Of a stretch of 64,000 bases of DNA, positions 19,865 through 33,434 are shown piece after piece. Made by a program: the position numbers and the translations under genes. Origin of the DNA: Amoebidium appalachense (Eukaryota; Protista; Ichthyosporea). Each line of letters begins with the position of its first letter. Position 1 is the stretch's first letter. The notes under the pieces were generated by a model. The model saw nothing but the letters and a program-made list of their open reading frames with translations. It searched no databases and was not told where the DNA came from. Location: NCBI GenBank assembly GCA_963693365.1, contig CAVNZM010000010.1, forward strand, positions 3,904,159-3,968,158, in the 5' to 3' direction.

Positions 19865-20025
19865 GATTGGCTAACACCTGCTGGCAGACTGTCCAAAACT
19901 GGGAATTAGCGCTTTTGATTGGTCAGATAGAAATATTGACCGTGCTAAAAAATATCCCTCTCACGCCTGATTGGACCGCACATTTGCTGTGATTGGTCTC
20001 TTGAAAGGCACCAGTTAGTCATTGG
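19865..20025 (+). promoter_or_regulatory. Array of five inverted CCAAT boxes (NF-Y-type promoter)
   Basis: ATTGG at 19866, 19918, 19970, 19992 and 20021, mostly as TGATTGG, 230-390 nt upstream of ATG 20250. Confidence 0.65.
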
Positions 20026-20249
20026 ATATACGTCATGTCATCATCGTGCCGCTTTTTGCAACAGATGAGGTTATATGAAGCTTGCAGCCCTTGAACGGTG
20101 TCACACAAGGATAATTTATAGTTGAAATTGTAGTGGAAGCATGGGAAGTGCAGTGTTCTAGTGCCACCCTCACACTACGTGAACAGCTAAGTCCCGCGTG
20201 CCTTTTATTCCATGTGCATTTTGTCGCTCAAACAACAACATTTCAGAAA

Positions 20250-21152
20250 ATGGAGATTTCAGTTGAACGTAGGCAGCAGTCGCTCAAGCGACGGGTTTCC
20301 ACACTGGACCTTTCAGAGGCACAAACGGGTGCAGTACACCCATCGCGGCGCAACCGTACGGCAATAGATGTAGACCACACAATGCGTAGCATGGACACAC
20401 GCTACGGAACACACTTTTACGAATGGATACGTGACGAACAGAATGTAGACTGCGCCGCCATGCACCTCAGGCGCGTTGCAAAAGACTACGACATCAGCAG
20501 AATCAGTCATGGTGTACGCTGGGTGGTGGCTGAATGGCGTATTTCCTCCATTGCAAAGCTCTTGCGCGTTTTGTGTGAAGACTGGGCTGTTGCACAGATG
20601 GGCACACTCACCAGCATGGTCTCTAATGATTGGCCGCTCGCACCGTTCACCTCGCGCCTTGTACACTGCATGGCGCGTGATATGCCCATTGACGCCGCCG
20701 TCGAGTACGTTTTGTGGTTGACGGAAGGATGGTCGGTCGATTCTTCAATTGAGTTGGTAGCCGAACTGAAGAACATGGGAACATGGACGCCTGAAGTGTA
20801 CGACGCGTTTGTTCTGCGGTACGTGTGGGCGATTAGGAAGAGCCGCGTCCTCGACCCTTCGGAACAGGCTGCTCTCCGTCTTGTCTCGGGTTACGAAAAC
20901 AACAACGAAACGATGGCTGCTACACCAACACAACACACACATGCACAGCAGTTTGACAACGTGCAGGCGTTGTCTTGGGGCATGCGCGGTAGTGAAACGG
21001 TACCTGACGTGCATATGATGGACGCTGCCCAGGCTGCATCTGCACAGGGACATCATTTCTCTGCTGACAAGAACAGCGTGGCCGCCGTGGCGATTATGTC
21101 GGTCACTACTGACTCGACGGCTATTACCACCGCTCGTGTGGATTGCGAATGA
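20250..21152 (+). CDS. Intronless 300-aa uncharacterised protein with ~16-aa Trp-initiated helical repeats
   Basis: Clean, repeat-free ORF with AAAATGG start context and TGA at 21150-52, flanked by a CCAAT array and a T-rich 3' region. Family not recognised. Confidence 0.8.
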   Translation: MEISVERRQQSLKRRVSTLDLSEAQTGAVHPSRRNRTAIDVDHTMRSMDTRYGTHFYEWIRDEQNVDCAAMHLRRVAKDYDISRISHGVRWVVAEWRISSIAKLLRVLCEDWAVAQMGTLTSMVSNDWPLAPFTSRLVHCMARDMPIDAAVEYVLWLTEGWSVDSSIELVAELKNMGTWTPEVYDAFVLRYVWAIRKSRVLDPSEQAALRLVSGYENNNETMAATPTQHTHAQQFDNVQALSWGMRGSETVPDVHMMDAAQAASAQGHHFSADKNSVAAVAIMSVTTDSTAITTARVDCE

Positions 21153-21953
21153 TGATTATGAATGAATGGTGGTTTTGTTTTTTCTTTTGTTTTTTCTTGG
21201 TTCGATTTGCCTACTTGAACGATAGCTTTGATGTGGTTGTATGTTTCGGAGTTGTGCATATGTATAGGTTTCCTTTTCACAGTCCTTTTTTCTTTCTTTT
21301 TCTTTCTAGTAATGATATTTCTGACCGTATGACTTAGAACTTGGGTGTTGAATGTGCTCTAATGAACTCTCGAATCAACTGGTGTACTTAATTAAGCTGC
21401 TTCATGTAAATGGGAAAAAAAAAACCCTTCTTTTCTTCACAGCGAGCGCACACATGGCTGAATGGGCCTTTGTTGCGGCTGCTGGTGGATTGTGAATGTA
21501 TTTCCAACTTAATGTGACGCTGAAAAAAAACCGGCCTGGGACATTTGTAATCTCACCTATCTGAGCCGGTGATGAATAATATCAACCGTACAGTCGGTGA
21601 CATAAAAAAGTTTTTGTGGTCCCAATCCTCCTCCTTCCCCCTCCCCTCCCCTCCCCACCCCCCTCTCCCTCCCCCCCCCCCCCCCCCTCTCCCCCCTCCC
21701 CCCTCCCCTCCCCCTGCGGCAATTCTGCCTTGTCCTCTTTTCCATGATTTACATCTAAATCACTTATTTGAACGAGTTTAATATTCTACACCAGGGATCT
21801 AAACGAGCCGCATGCATGCTTCATGTATGGAAATTTGAGTGGGACTCAAGCCCCTTCCCCCCCCTCCCAACCCAAACGACACCGCACACACATGCTAGTG
21901 CTCACACAATGACATGCACACACGTGCACATACACAAACACATACTCAAACAA

Positions 21954-22011
<58 letters not shown>

Positions 22012-22859
22012 CAACAACAACATCAACGCAATCTCGTACACAAATGCGTACCTGATCCAGACACTCAAAACATGGGCACACAAAGGCCCACACAACACAA
22101 ACACGTGCGGCAGTTCAACTGACTCCCACCAACATGCCCCCCCCCCCCTCCCCCCCCCCCCCCCCCCCCCCCCCCTCCCCCCCCCTCCCCTCCCCCCACT
22201 TACGGCCAAAACCTTGAATACCTCCCCCCCCCTCCGCCTCTTCCCTCCCTCCCCTCCCCCCCCCTCCCCACCCCACCCCCATCCCACCCTCTCCCTCTCG
22301 TCTGAAGCCAAGGCATGGTTTGTATTTCTGTTCAGTTCAAGGGCGAAATTCAATAGGGTTCTCTCGTGACGTGGTCCACCCACGTGCACATCAAGACATT
22401 ACTGAAAAACAGCAGTACAAATGAATGCCAAGACACGCCAGCACACACACATACACACACACGCACACCCCTACCCCGCGTTGCGTACCCTAGGCCTATC
22501 CGCCTGCTCCCCCCCCCCCCCCCCCTTCAACACACACACACACAGGTACACATGCATACACACACCTACTCCACCCCACCCACCTTCCCTCCCACCCGGG
22601 CCTTGACCCCCCGGGCCCCTCCCCCCCCCCTCCCCCCTTCCGCCCCCTCCCCCTCCTCCTCTTCCGGTTCCCCCCCAAAAAAGAAAGAAAGAAAAGAAGG
22701 AAAATTAGGGGGGTGGAGCCGGGGGGGGGGGGGGGTTAGGGCCCGGGTGGAGAGTGGGTGGGTGGGGTGGGGTAGGTGTGTGTGTGCATGTGCACAGTGT
22801 GTGTGTGGGGGGGAAAGGGGTTTGGGGAGGGGGAGAGCAGGTGGGTGGGGCACGTGGGG

Positions 22860-22915
<56 letters not shown>

Positions 22916-22938
22916 TGTGTGTGTGTGTGTCTGTGTGT

Positions 22939-22995
<57 letters not shown>

Positions 22996-23414
22996 CGCGC
23001 ACGTGTTTGGGGGGGGGGGGGGAGGGGCGTTGGTTGGTCTTTGTGTTAGAGTGCACTACACACTTGCAGTAGCAGTGTACCACACAAACGAATCGACGAC
23101 GTGATGTACAATCACAACACTCCTGGTCGTACGTATGTTTTCCCAGTTGATCTTGAATTTACAAGGTCTTGTGTATTTATGTTTCTGAGCATGATTATGG
23201 TAGCGGGTTTAGCGGCCTGGCCAGCAGGCTGCCATTTTTGTTTTTACTAACACGATTACAGCGCAATCGCAAGAAATATACCCTCAGGCTAGTAAATTTA
23301 TGCTTGTATATATAGGAATTACATTACAAATTCTTGGTTACCCCTTATATCTAAGTGCTCAGACCAGTTTTCACCCTGGGTTTGTGCCCCTCTCCTAGCA
23401 AAAACTTACGTTCA

Positions 23415-23519
23415 GCACAAAAATACCCGTTTACATCCAACATGGAATAGCCCAAACATATGTTGACGCACAAAAATACCCGTTTAATCCAACATGGAAT
23501 AGCCCAAACATATGTTGAC
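23415..23519. repeat. 52-53-bp tandem duplication
   Basis: GCACAAAAATACCCGTTTA(C)ATCCAACATGGAATAGCCCAAACATATGTTGAC x2. Confidence 0.9.
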
Positions 23520-23967
23520 ATACATTAGATATCTTGAACGACCAAAAAGGTACTCTACCCATCCTATTTCCCAATTTTGTTTGGTTTGTTTGTTTACATC
23601 AATTCTTAAAGGAAAGAACCCTGCCCTTAACGGGTAGGCTGGTTGACATTGAGCAATCGTTTTTAATCTACCTTATATGTTTGCTAATATGTTTGCTGGA
23701 GGTGCTGAGCGTGGGGCAAGGGGCAGAAGCTAAAATACGATTGACAGAACCGCTAACGAAAACAGAAAAAGGAAGGCGTACAAAACAGAGATTCTCGTGG
23801 GAAAGAGGCTTGGGTGTTGTGTGTGTGTGTGAAGCTGTGTGCACGTGTGTGTGTGTGTGTACATCTGTACGTGTGTGCGCGGATGTGTGCATGTGCTCAA
23901 GCATGTGTGTGTGTGTGTGTGTGTGTGTTCAAGTTATTTTGTGTGCACGTGTGCGTGCAAGCTTACA

Positions 23968-24064
<97 letters not shown>

Positions 24065-24169
24065 CGGTGTGTGTTGTGTGTGTTTGTACAAGCCTGTGCG
24101 TGTGTATGTGCATGTGCGCGTGCATGCACATGTACATAATTTTTTGGCGAGTTGTTGTTCAACATCATC

Positions 24170-24424
24170 TCACTGTCCACATTTCCCCGTGATCATGCTG
24201 TTTGGGTCCGTGAGCATCAACTCCTGGCCTGGGTCCTTAAACAAAGTCCATCTCTCAGGGGGCACACCCTTGAATGCATTCTCCCAACGTTCAGTTGTGT
24301 CTTTGCTTCCGGTGACGTATCTGTATGTATCGTTTTTTATTTATTAAAGTTTAAGTTGGATTTAATTTTTCATTTAGTTTTTTTTTTTTTTTTTTGAGGG
24401 GGTGGGGAAGAGGGTGGAGGGGAA

Positions 24425-24461
<37 letters not shown>

Positions 24462-24759
24462 GGGGAGGGGAGGCGGCGTTTTCGCGCGGGGGGAGGGGAG
24501 GGAGGGGGGGGGGGGGGGGGGGGGGAGGTAAGTGGGAGAGGGGGGAAGGGAGGGAAGAAGGGAGGGAAGGAGAGACGGAGGGAGCAAAGTGGGAACACAA
24601 GCACATATAATCCCGTAAGACAAGTACAACGATGACGCGCACAACGCAAAAGTTCCGAACCCCACCAGCAAGAATATGTTCAATTCTACCCACCATTCTA
24701 CCCATATACCCGCACGGGTACATCACTTCAAAGACACACAGACACACAAAGCGGAGAGG

Positions 24760-24799
<40 letters not shown>

Positions 24800-25281
24800 C
24801 GTGTAAAATTGCTTCATATGTTCTGTGTGGAAGATAACCCCCCCCCCCCCCCCCCTCCTTTCCCCCCCCCTCCCCTCCCCAAAAAACGTACCGGATATAT
24901 ATGCACATCACTCTTCCCGGATATTTGTTGTATATCTCCCCGTACACCTCGGGGTCTTGCTCACCCGAGTCACCGACCAGAACAAAAGAGTGACCAGGAA
25001 ATGCATCGACTATCTTGCTTATCTCTGTTACCTGCAAATGGAAAGATCACCGACTTTAGCACAAAGGACGCATGGGGCAGTACATATGTGCAGTGTATAT
25101 AGATGGTGATACCAGTGCACGCGGTTCCCCGTGCCTTCTCCTACACTCCAGCCACGCACATATGTCCGAGCACCTTTGTTTGCTATAAAGAAATCTTCTT
25201 CAGCTGTCTATCGGTAAAACAAATGGAAAAATGGAAATGCTCAGATTTGTTGGCTTTGTTTTAGTAACTCGATCGAGTGGG

Positions 25282-25346
<65 letters not shown>

Positions 25347-25881
25347 CGTTAGCGAGAGATGGTGAAAAAGAGATGCTAGGCAAGATGCAGAGGAGGTGGT
25401 GGTGGTGGGGGAGGGGGGGGAAGCGGTGTCGGGCTGATTGATGGTGAATGCGCGCGCGCGTGTGTGTGTGTGTGTGTATGTGTGTGTATGTGTGTGTGGA
25501 TGCAAGAAAAGAGCTAATATAGGCACTATCGGGTGGGTTTTCGTGCATGGTAAGAGAAATACATGCCCACTGATAGGTTGTCGTGCGTCACTGGGGAGAG
25601 GGAGATGCACATATACACACAGGGAAAGAGGTAGGAAAAAGAAGATGGTATTATGTGTGCGCATGTCTTTGCGTCTGTGTATGCATGTGTTTGTGTGTGC
25701 GTGCCCATCTTTTGGGGTGTGCATATGTGTGTATGTTTGTTTGTGTACATGGGTTTGGGTGTGGGGAGGGCAGGGAAACTTTAAGGGGAAGCGGGGGGGG
25801 AGAGAGAGGGAGGGGGGGAGGGGGGGGGGAGAGAAAGAGATAAAGAGACACAGAGAGATAGAAAGGGGGGGGGGGGGAGGG

Positions 25882-25936
<55 letters not shown>

Positions 25937-26466
25937 GTGAGAGAGAGAGAGAGAGAGAGAGAGTGAGGCCCAAATCCTCACCTTGTAGCCTGCGGGCCAC
26001 CTAAACATCTCCTTGAGTATCTTCCCAGGCACAGGCACATCCACAAAATGGTGCGGTTGTGTTTTGAGTGCAAAACTGCCACGGGGGAACCCCTCAGAAA
26101 TCGTGAAGGGTTTAAGTACGCTCTGAGGCAAGAGGGAAAAGAAGGAATGGAATAAGAAAATGTTGGTGAAATATATCAACGTGCAAAAAAAAAAGGTAGT
26201 TTACAACGAAGGGATGTCAATTTTGGAGATTTCAAGTTTCATTTAACCCATTGCTTATCCATCCGGTTAAATTTCCGTTCATTCACATACTCAAAACCAT
26301 CAACAACACCACCACCACCACGCAGGCATAACTCGAATGCACACGTATGCGCGAAAAAGAGAATAAGAGGATACATACATGCAGCCACGCCCGCACACAT
26401 GCGCACATGGAATCCATCACAGACTCACCACTCACCCGTGTAACCCAGACCACACCTGTCCACCCG

Positions 26467-26557
<91 letters not shown>

Positions 26558-28017
26558 GCACATACACACACCAACCACCCCCATCCCCAATCCCCCCATC
26601 CCTCCACTCAACCACACCCTCCTCTGCCCATCCCCCCCTCCTCCCCTCCGCACACACACACAGCAAACAATCCTTAAAGATTGGAAGTCGCCGATTGAAA
26701 CCCTGGTTGAAATCTCAGATTCTGTTTTTAACATCTGAGATCCGCTTTTAAAATGGTCTAGTATTTTAAAAAGGGGCATTTCGAAACCTCACATCTTTTC
26801 TTCTTTTAGAAAGATCAAGGTATAAATCTTTAACAGGCTCATTACAACTCTCCCCTCCTTTCGAATAATCAAGTTGTAAGAAAGAGTCATTTCACAACCT
26901 CCCCTCCTTTAGAATGATCAAGTTAAAAAACAGGGTCATTTCGAAACCTTTCGTCTTTTAGAATGATTAGGTTTTAAATTTTTAGAATAACCATTTTTTT
27001 AAATAGGGTCATTTTAAAACCTCCCCTCTTTTAGAATGAACAAGTTTTGAAAAGGGTCACTTCAAAACCTTCCGATTTTGAGATTGAACAAGGTATTAAT
27101 CTTAAAAAGGCTCAATTTAAAAGCTCCCTCTTTAGAATAATCAAGTTGTAAAAAAGGTTCATTTCAAAACCTACCCTCTTTTTGGATGATCAAGTTTCAA
27201 ATCTAAAAAAGGATTATTTCAAAACCCCCCCTCTTTTAGAATGATCAAGTTTTAGACAGGGTCATTTTAAAACCTCCCCTCTTTATAGAATGACCAAGTA
27301 AAAAAAAAAGGGTCATTTCAAAACCTCCCCTCTTTTAGAATGGTTAGGGTATAAAAAGGATCATTTCAAAACCTACCCTCTATTAGAATGGTTGGGTTTA
27401 AAAAAGGGTAATTTCAAAGCCTCCCCTCTTTTAGAATGATCAAGTTTAAAGAGAGAGTCATTTCAAAACCTCCCCTCTTTTAGAATGATCAAGCTTTAAA
27501 GGGTCGTCTTAAAAAGACCCTTTTTTAGATTTAAAGAATGATCAAGGTTTTTTTTTTAAAAAAAGGGTCATTTCAAAACTTCCCCTCTTTTAGAATGATC
27601 ATGAGCATTTTCACCTACCAGAAGCTCCACTGGTGAGCCAGATACGTAGTGGAATGCCATTGGCTGGCTGCTAGCCTCCTTCCATTTTTGGTAAAGCGCC
27701 GCCATCCCTGGAACCGCACGGAATTTTCTGGCAAATGTGTTTGCCATCATCTCCCTCTTGTTGAGAATCTCCGTGATCTTAATCGTGTCCTGCCCGAACC
27801 CTCGGTTAAGACACGTGATAAGAATAAAGGAAAAAGTACTAAAGAGCAAGGAGAACAAAGAGCTTGTTGTAAATCCCCCCCCCTCCCCCCCCCCCCCCCC
27901 CCCCCGGGCGACTCCCGGATCCCATCAACCAAAAAAAAAAAAAAAAAAAGTGGGAATTAACAAAAACTAAAACAATATCGAAAGGAGAAGACTAAACCCT
28001 TACTCCACATACCTCCC

Positions 28018-28053
<36 letters not shown>

Positions 28054-28246
28054 ACTCTTCTAGCGCTTCTCTTCCCTGAGATGCCCATTTGTGTCTACTA
28101 ATTGATTGCACCTCTCGAATGGGCAGAGCACCACACGGTAAAGCAACACGAAACAACGTCAAAAACACGGAGGAAAAATGGGAAAAAATCAAAACAACAA
28201 CAACAACAACAACAAGAAAAAAGATAAAATAATAATAATAAGCTTT

Positions 28247-28287
<41 letters not shown>

Positions 28288-29104
28288 CCCGGGCACTCAC
28301 ATCTATGTCGGACACTACACTGATGCCCTCGTACGGTACAAGCTGTGCGCTTCCCTTGAATTCCCTGTTGTCCCCCTCTGCTTTCACACGGGGTGTTAGC
28401 TTTCCCCCTTGTGCCCCCCCCCCCCCCCCCCCCCCCCCCTTCTCCTCCTCCTCTCTCCCCTCTCCCCCCCCCCCCCCCCCCCCTCCTTCCCCTCCCTTCC
28501 CGTCTCCCCTCCCGCCCTTCCCTCCCTCCCTCCCCTTCTGCTCCTCCCTTACTCGCTAAGCCAAACCACACCCACATCCTTATTTATAACCAGTCACACG
28601 CCATGTAAATGTCGACGCTTGTCAGCCGGCGCAAAACTGAATCTTGCCAAAAGCATGGTGACGCCATTCCTGTTTGGCATTGACTCTGATTGGCTACAGC
28701 AGATTTCAAAGCCGACTAAGTTCTTGAGAAAGCAAAATAAAAATAAAAATATGGGTAAGTCATGCGTCGGAGAAGCCAATAGGCGTTATGCAATCTCCCA
28801 CCCAGATTGTGGGGAAAAAAGGGAAAAAACTAGTCATAAGAATGTTTGGCACGCAGAGCTTGCATTTTCACATTCATGCATTATGAGCCCCCCCAACCCC
28901 CCTCCCCCCTTTCCCCTTTTTACTATTTGCAGCTTCCACTCGAGCGTGCAGCTCTTCTCCCTCTACCCCTATCCCCCCCCTCCTTCCCCCCCCCCCCCCC
29001 CCCAAAAAAAAAAAGATGTGTTTACTTGTTTCCTGCTCCTTTCTCCTACCCAAGAGAAGGAGGAGGAAGGGGGGGGGGGGGGGGGGGGGGGGGAAGGGGG
29101 AAGA

Positions 29105-29140
<36 letters not shown>

Positions 29141-29790
29141 TGAATGCGGAACACAGTACGAAGTACGCATACACGATGAGAAGCATGGTGCAGGACACAT
29201 GCAAAGGCAAACATTCAAGTATGCAGCATCAGCCATGCGCACAGTATGCGTCATAAGCAGAGCCCATCCTCAGGGAGGGCCCAAGTCATCAATTGCGTCT
29301 GAGTTTCGACCCCTTAGCCCGCGTATGGGGGGAGGGGGCACCGGGGAGGAGGACGGAGTAAGACATCCATTCGACGGAATTTAGCTCCTGTGCACACACA
29401 CAAGAGGAGTTGGTACTGGTATCCAGGCATTTTCATGACTGGAATTGCAATATGACCCAACCAATAAAATAAAAAATAAAATAAAAATAAAAAACTTGCA
29501 AAAACCCATATAGCAAGTTTATCAACATGGTGCTGGGAAAAAAAAAAAAAAAGAAAAAAAAAGAAAGAAAGAAAGCCCACACATCTCTGAAGTCATATGG
29601 ACGTCGTGTGAAAGCCAATTGTATATCAGCCAAACGAGACACTGAGAAAAAAATCTCATGACACAAATGCCTCCCCCCCCCCCCTCCCTACCCCCCCCCC
29701 CCAAATCCACCCTCACCCCACCCACCCAGCCCCTCCGTACCCTCCATCCATATAATCAACCCAACCCCATACCCACTCACTCACTCCCAT

Positions 29791-29829
<39 letters not shown>

Positions 29830-30681
29830 TTCACACATAGACACCACATACATCCGCCCATGGCAACTCTAAGTACCAATGCTCACCTTCTCTCTTTGCA
29901 CCTCCACCGTGGCATCAAACCCCCCGTGCCAGGCAGTCCTCTTGGCCACCTGCACCACTTCCCCCTCTTTCCTGCGAAAAATTTTGTCCATTAGCCCCCC
30001 CCCCCCCTCCCTCCCTCCACAATACCCCTCACTCATTCAACCCACATACCTCTTCTTTTTCTCAATATTAATGTTTTCGACTGGTCTGGTGTGCTTGCAG
30101 CGTTTTTTGCTCACCGGATGTGGAAATTATTTCTCAGCCAACCGTGACACTCTTTTATCATTTCCAGATCCCCCCCACCCCCCACCCCCTCCACCTCTAT
30201 CCCCCTCCCCTCCTTTCCCGCAAGTGGGGGCCAAAAAGGAAAGGAAAAAATTATAGAGAAGAAAAAAAAAGGAAGAAGGAAGAAAGGGAAAAAAAAAAAG
30301 GAGAAGAAAAAGAAGAACGTGTTGAAGGGGGGGGGGGGGGGGGGGGGGGAGGGGGGGGGGGGAGGGAGGGGGAGGGGGAGGGGGGGGGGGGAAGTGGGAC
30401 TTGAGAAACATCTTAGAATCTCAACATGATACATTTGCTATTAGAACACGGTGGAGTTCAATGGCCTACACAACAGAACTGCATACCGGCTGCTATATAC
30501 TCTTATTTATCCACAGCCAAGGATACATCTATCAGTCCTACTTTCCCTTACCCCCCCCCCCCTCCCCCCCCCCTTTTTTTTATAAAAAAAATTAAAAAAA
30601 AAACCCAGTGAAAATTCCGAGGCTTCTCAGAGTGCTTGCAACTCGTGTTTATGGTGGTTCTGGCAGCGACACAGGCCAACG

Positions 30682-30754
<73 letters not shown>

Positions 30755-32666
30755 CTGAAAGCATGTATGCATGCGCGTGCATGTTTGTGTGTCTCTCTCT
30801 GTGTGTGTGTATGTACGCCTGCGCTTGTGTGTGGGCGCATTGTGTGGGCGCGCACGTGTGGTGTTGTTGGTTTCAAAAGTAATCATGTACGTAGGGATAT
30901 GGTGTGTGCGTGTGTGTGTGTATGCGTGTGTGCGCACGTGTTTAGGCAGAGGTTCAAAAATAACTATGGGCGTATATACGTGTAGGTCAAAACAGGGTTT
31001 TAACACACCTTCCGGCCCCATGGCCCAGCACCAAGGACAGGTTCTTGTTTCTTTCGTAGTCTCTTAAAAACAGATGCGCCCTCTGTCCAAACTCATCGAC
31101 ACGATCTGCATTTATTTAATTCGCGTTCATTAGTGTGCAACCATGCGATTGGCTGCAAGTTTAGGGTCTATGTCGGCCTCGAAACTTACTCTATTGGTCC
31201 CCCCCCCCCCCCCCCCCCCCCCCCCTCCTCCCCTTTCCCTTCCACCCCCTCCCCCCTCTCCTCCATCCCCACACGAGATATGCATGCGTAAAGGGGTTGT
31301 CATTTAGGCTTGGTGATATTTTGGGGGAGGTGGGATTCCGGGGGATGGGGGGGAGGGGGGGGGAGGGGGGGGGGGGAGAGAGAGAGAGAGAGAGAGATAC
31401 AGAGAAAGAGAAAAAGGGGGGAAGGGGGGGGGGAAGGGGGGAGAGAGAGAGAGGGGGGGGGGGGGGGGGGAGGGGGGGAATAAACAGGAACCTTCACTGA
31501 GATCGAGTTGCTTGGCCAGTGCTGCAAAAAGGCGATGTGTTAAAGAAGTCTGTCCCATCCCCCCTCTCCACCTCCCTTTTTCTCCCATGCATCCCCCCTC
31601 CCCTTCCCATCCAAACACATACCCTCCCCCCCCTCCCCCCCCCCCCCCCCCCCCCCCCTCATACAAGCTTTTATTATGATGTATGAGGTCCCTTAAACAT
31701 GTGTGCCCTCCCCTCCCCCTCCCCTCCCCCCCCCCTTCCCCTCCCCCTCCCCCTTTCTCTCTCCACCAACCAACTTCTACATAATCATTTACCCAAGCTA
31801 GTTTCTGTACATCTCCCCTCCTCCCCCCCCCCCCTCCCTCCCCCCACCTCCCCACCACTTTCCCTCTTTACTTTTGTTTTTAACTCGGCAACGCCCTTCA
31901 TCCCACCCCATCCCACCACACCACACACACCTTTTTTCTGCCCTTCTTATACCATTCCTGGAAAGCAACACTGCATACAGCATCAATCGGAAAAAGGCTA
32001 CGTCACAAGTGAAATAAGTATGAGGGGTGGAAAGGAACAGGACTGGGGACTGGTTGGTTGAATAGGTGTGCGTATGTGTGTTGTGTGTGTCTGTGTTGTG
32101 TGTGTGTGTGTGGGTATCGCGCGCGCGCGTGTTCGCGTGTTTGTGTCTGCATTTATGTGCGACTATGAATCAGAAAAGGGTGGAAAAAGTATCCTAGGCA
32201 CAGCAGTGCATATGCACGTATTGTATATCTCCATGATTTGTTAGCCTTTAGCCCCCAAGCCTCCGCGTTTAAGTGCCAAAAAAAAAACGAAAAAAAACGA
32301 AACAAAAAAACAAGACAGGACAAGTCTTATGTGTATGGGGGATATTGAAGGAGGAAGGAAAAAACCTGCAAGGAAAAGGTCATAGTAGAACTCGTCTTGC
32401 TCTTGTTCGAATATCCACCCCTTTATGTTAACCTTAAATGGGCCGCCTGGGCTGCTTTGTGCCCCATATGTGGGAAGGAACTCGACCTCTTCATCCTTCT
32501 GGATGGCGGAGCTGCAGATAGTTCGAATTAGGTTGGGGTTAGGGTTGAAATTCCGATCTGGTTAGTGCAAAAGATGCAAACCCCGATTGCAGAAGCTGAC
32601 AAGTGCACAAATACACATTTTGGGTGGCCAGCCAAGCAGATAAGCATCATCTCCCCCAGGGCCCCC

Positions 32667-32715
<49 letters not shown>

Positions 32716-33434
32716 CCCCTTCTTCCTTAGTGTGTAGGCACACACAATGCCTTGGGCCAGCAATAACGGCAGTGCGGCAAGCGTACAAAAGTTAAGAATC
32801 GGTTCGAGATTTTAGAAAACCGGAAGAAAAAGAACACTGATTATGCGAAGAGAAGTGTGTGAACATGGTCGGGTAGACAGGGGGGTTGGATAGAGGAAAA
32901 CGAGGTTTATTGTGTGGGTGGAGAAACAGTAAAGGCTGCGTGTCGTAAAATGTGCGTGTGTCTGAGGGAATTGAACGGAGGAAGAGGGGGGGGGGTATTA
33001 AGCACACGATGACACAGCAAAAGAGACAAAGATGCCTGAGGAATATAGACGTTGGGGAAGTGGGCAGTCCCTTGTCCCCCCCCCCCCCCCCCCCCCCTTC
33101 CTTGCCCCCCCCCCCCCCCCCCCTTCCTCCCCCCTCCCCCCCCCCCCCCCCCCCCAGCGCACACATACACCTTTTTGCCTCGAAGCACACCTTGCGGGCT
33201 TCTATGTGGTGCCAGAGAGGTTGAAAACGGGCAGGAGCAAGGGGTGGGCAGTGGGAAAAGCGGGGAAGAGATGAATGAGAGAGAGTTGCATAGGCAACAC
33301 GTTCAGTCTTGACATAAAGGGAAGGAAGGGGAAGGGGTTGGAGTGCAAGCCCTAACTAACCTTTCCAAATACGGCAACGCCCACATGACAAGTATGCCCA
33401 GCGTGCAGGTCACCAACGCCCAACTTAGCCCCAT
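24170..33434 (-). CDS. App1/DUF2183-family phosphatidate phosphatase-like protein (HAD fold, DxDxT), ~385 aa, with N-terminal signal peptide
   Basis: Eleven phase-consistent exons: 33434-33361, 32511-32366, 31521-31492, 31105-31009, 29971-29887, 29387-29342, 28377-28301, 27789-27619, 26122-25982, 25031-24892, 24320-24170. Motifs [50 protein letters not shown] and CIYIR. Confidence 0.9.
26768..27600. repeat. Intronic AT-rich minisatellite, ~16 degenerate copies of a ~48-bp unit
   Basis: Consensus AAAAGGGTCATTTCAAAACCTCCCCTCTTTTAGAATGATCAAGTTT; begins ~20 nt inside the donor at 27618. Confidence 0.9.
29139..29279 (-). repeat. Intronic GATGGGCTCTG-family element, subtype 2
   Basis: Minus strand CCCTCCCTGAGGATGGGCTCTGCTTATGACGCATACTGTGCGCAT...CCGCATTCAAA; aligns full length with 52628-52769. 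Confidence 0.9.

Noticed and set aside
26768-27600. CRISPR-like array
   Set aside because: Units are contiguous degenerate repeats with no unique spacers, no cas genes, and an intronic eukaryotic location.
28070-28100. CCCTGAGATG (and TCAGGGAGGG at 18236) as extra members of the GATGGGCTCTG family
   Set aside because: Only ~10 nt match and no body similarity, so they were not counted in the orientation tally.
29581-30670. Additional exon candidates at 29581-29641 and 30606-30660 in the App1-like gene
   Set aside because: The flanking exons already join in phase with good motif spacing; these candidates break phase or add nothing recognisable.
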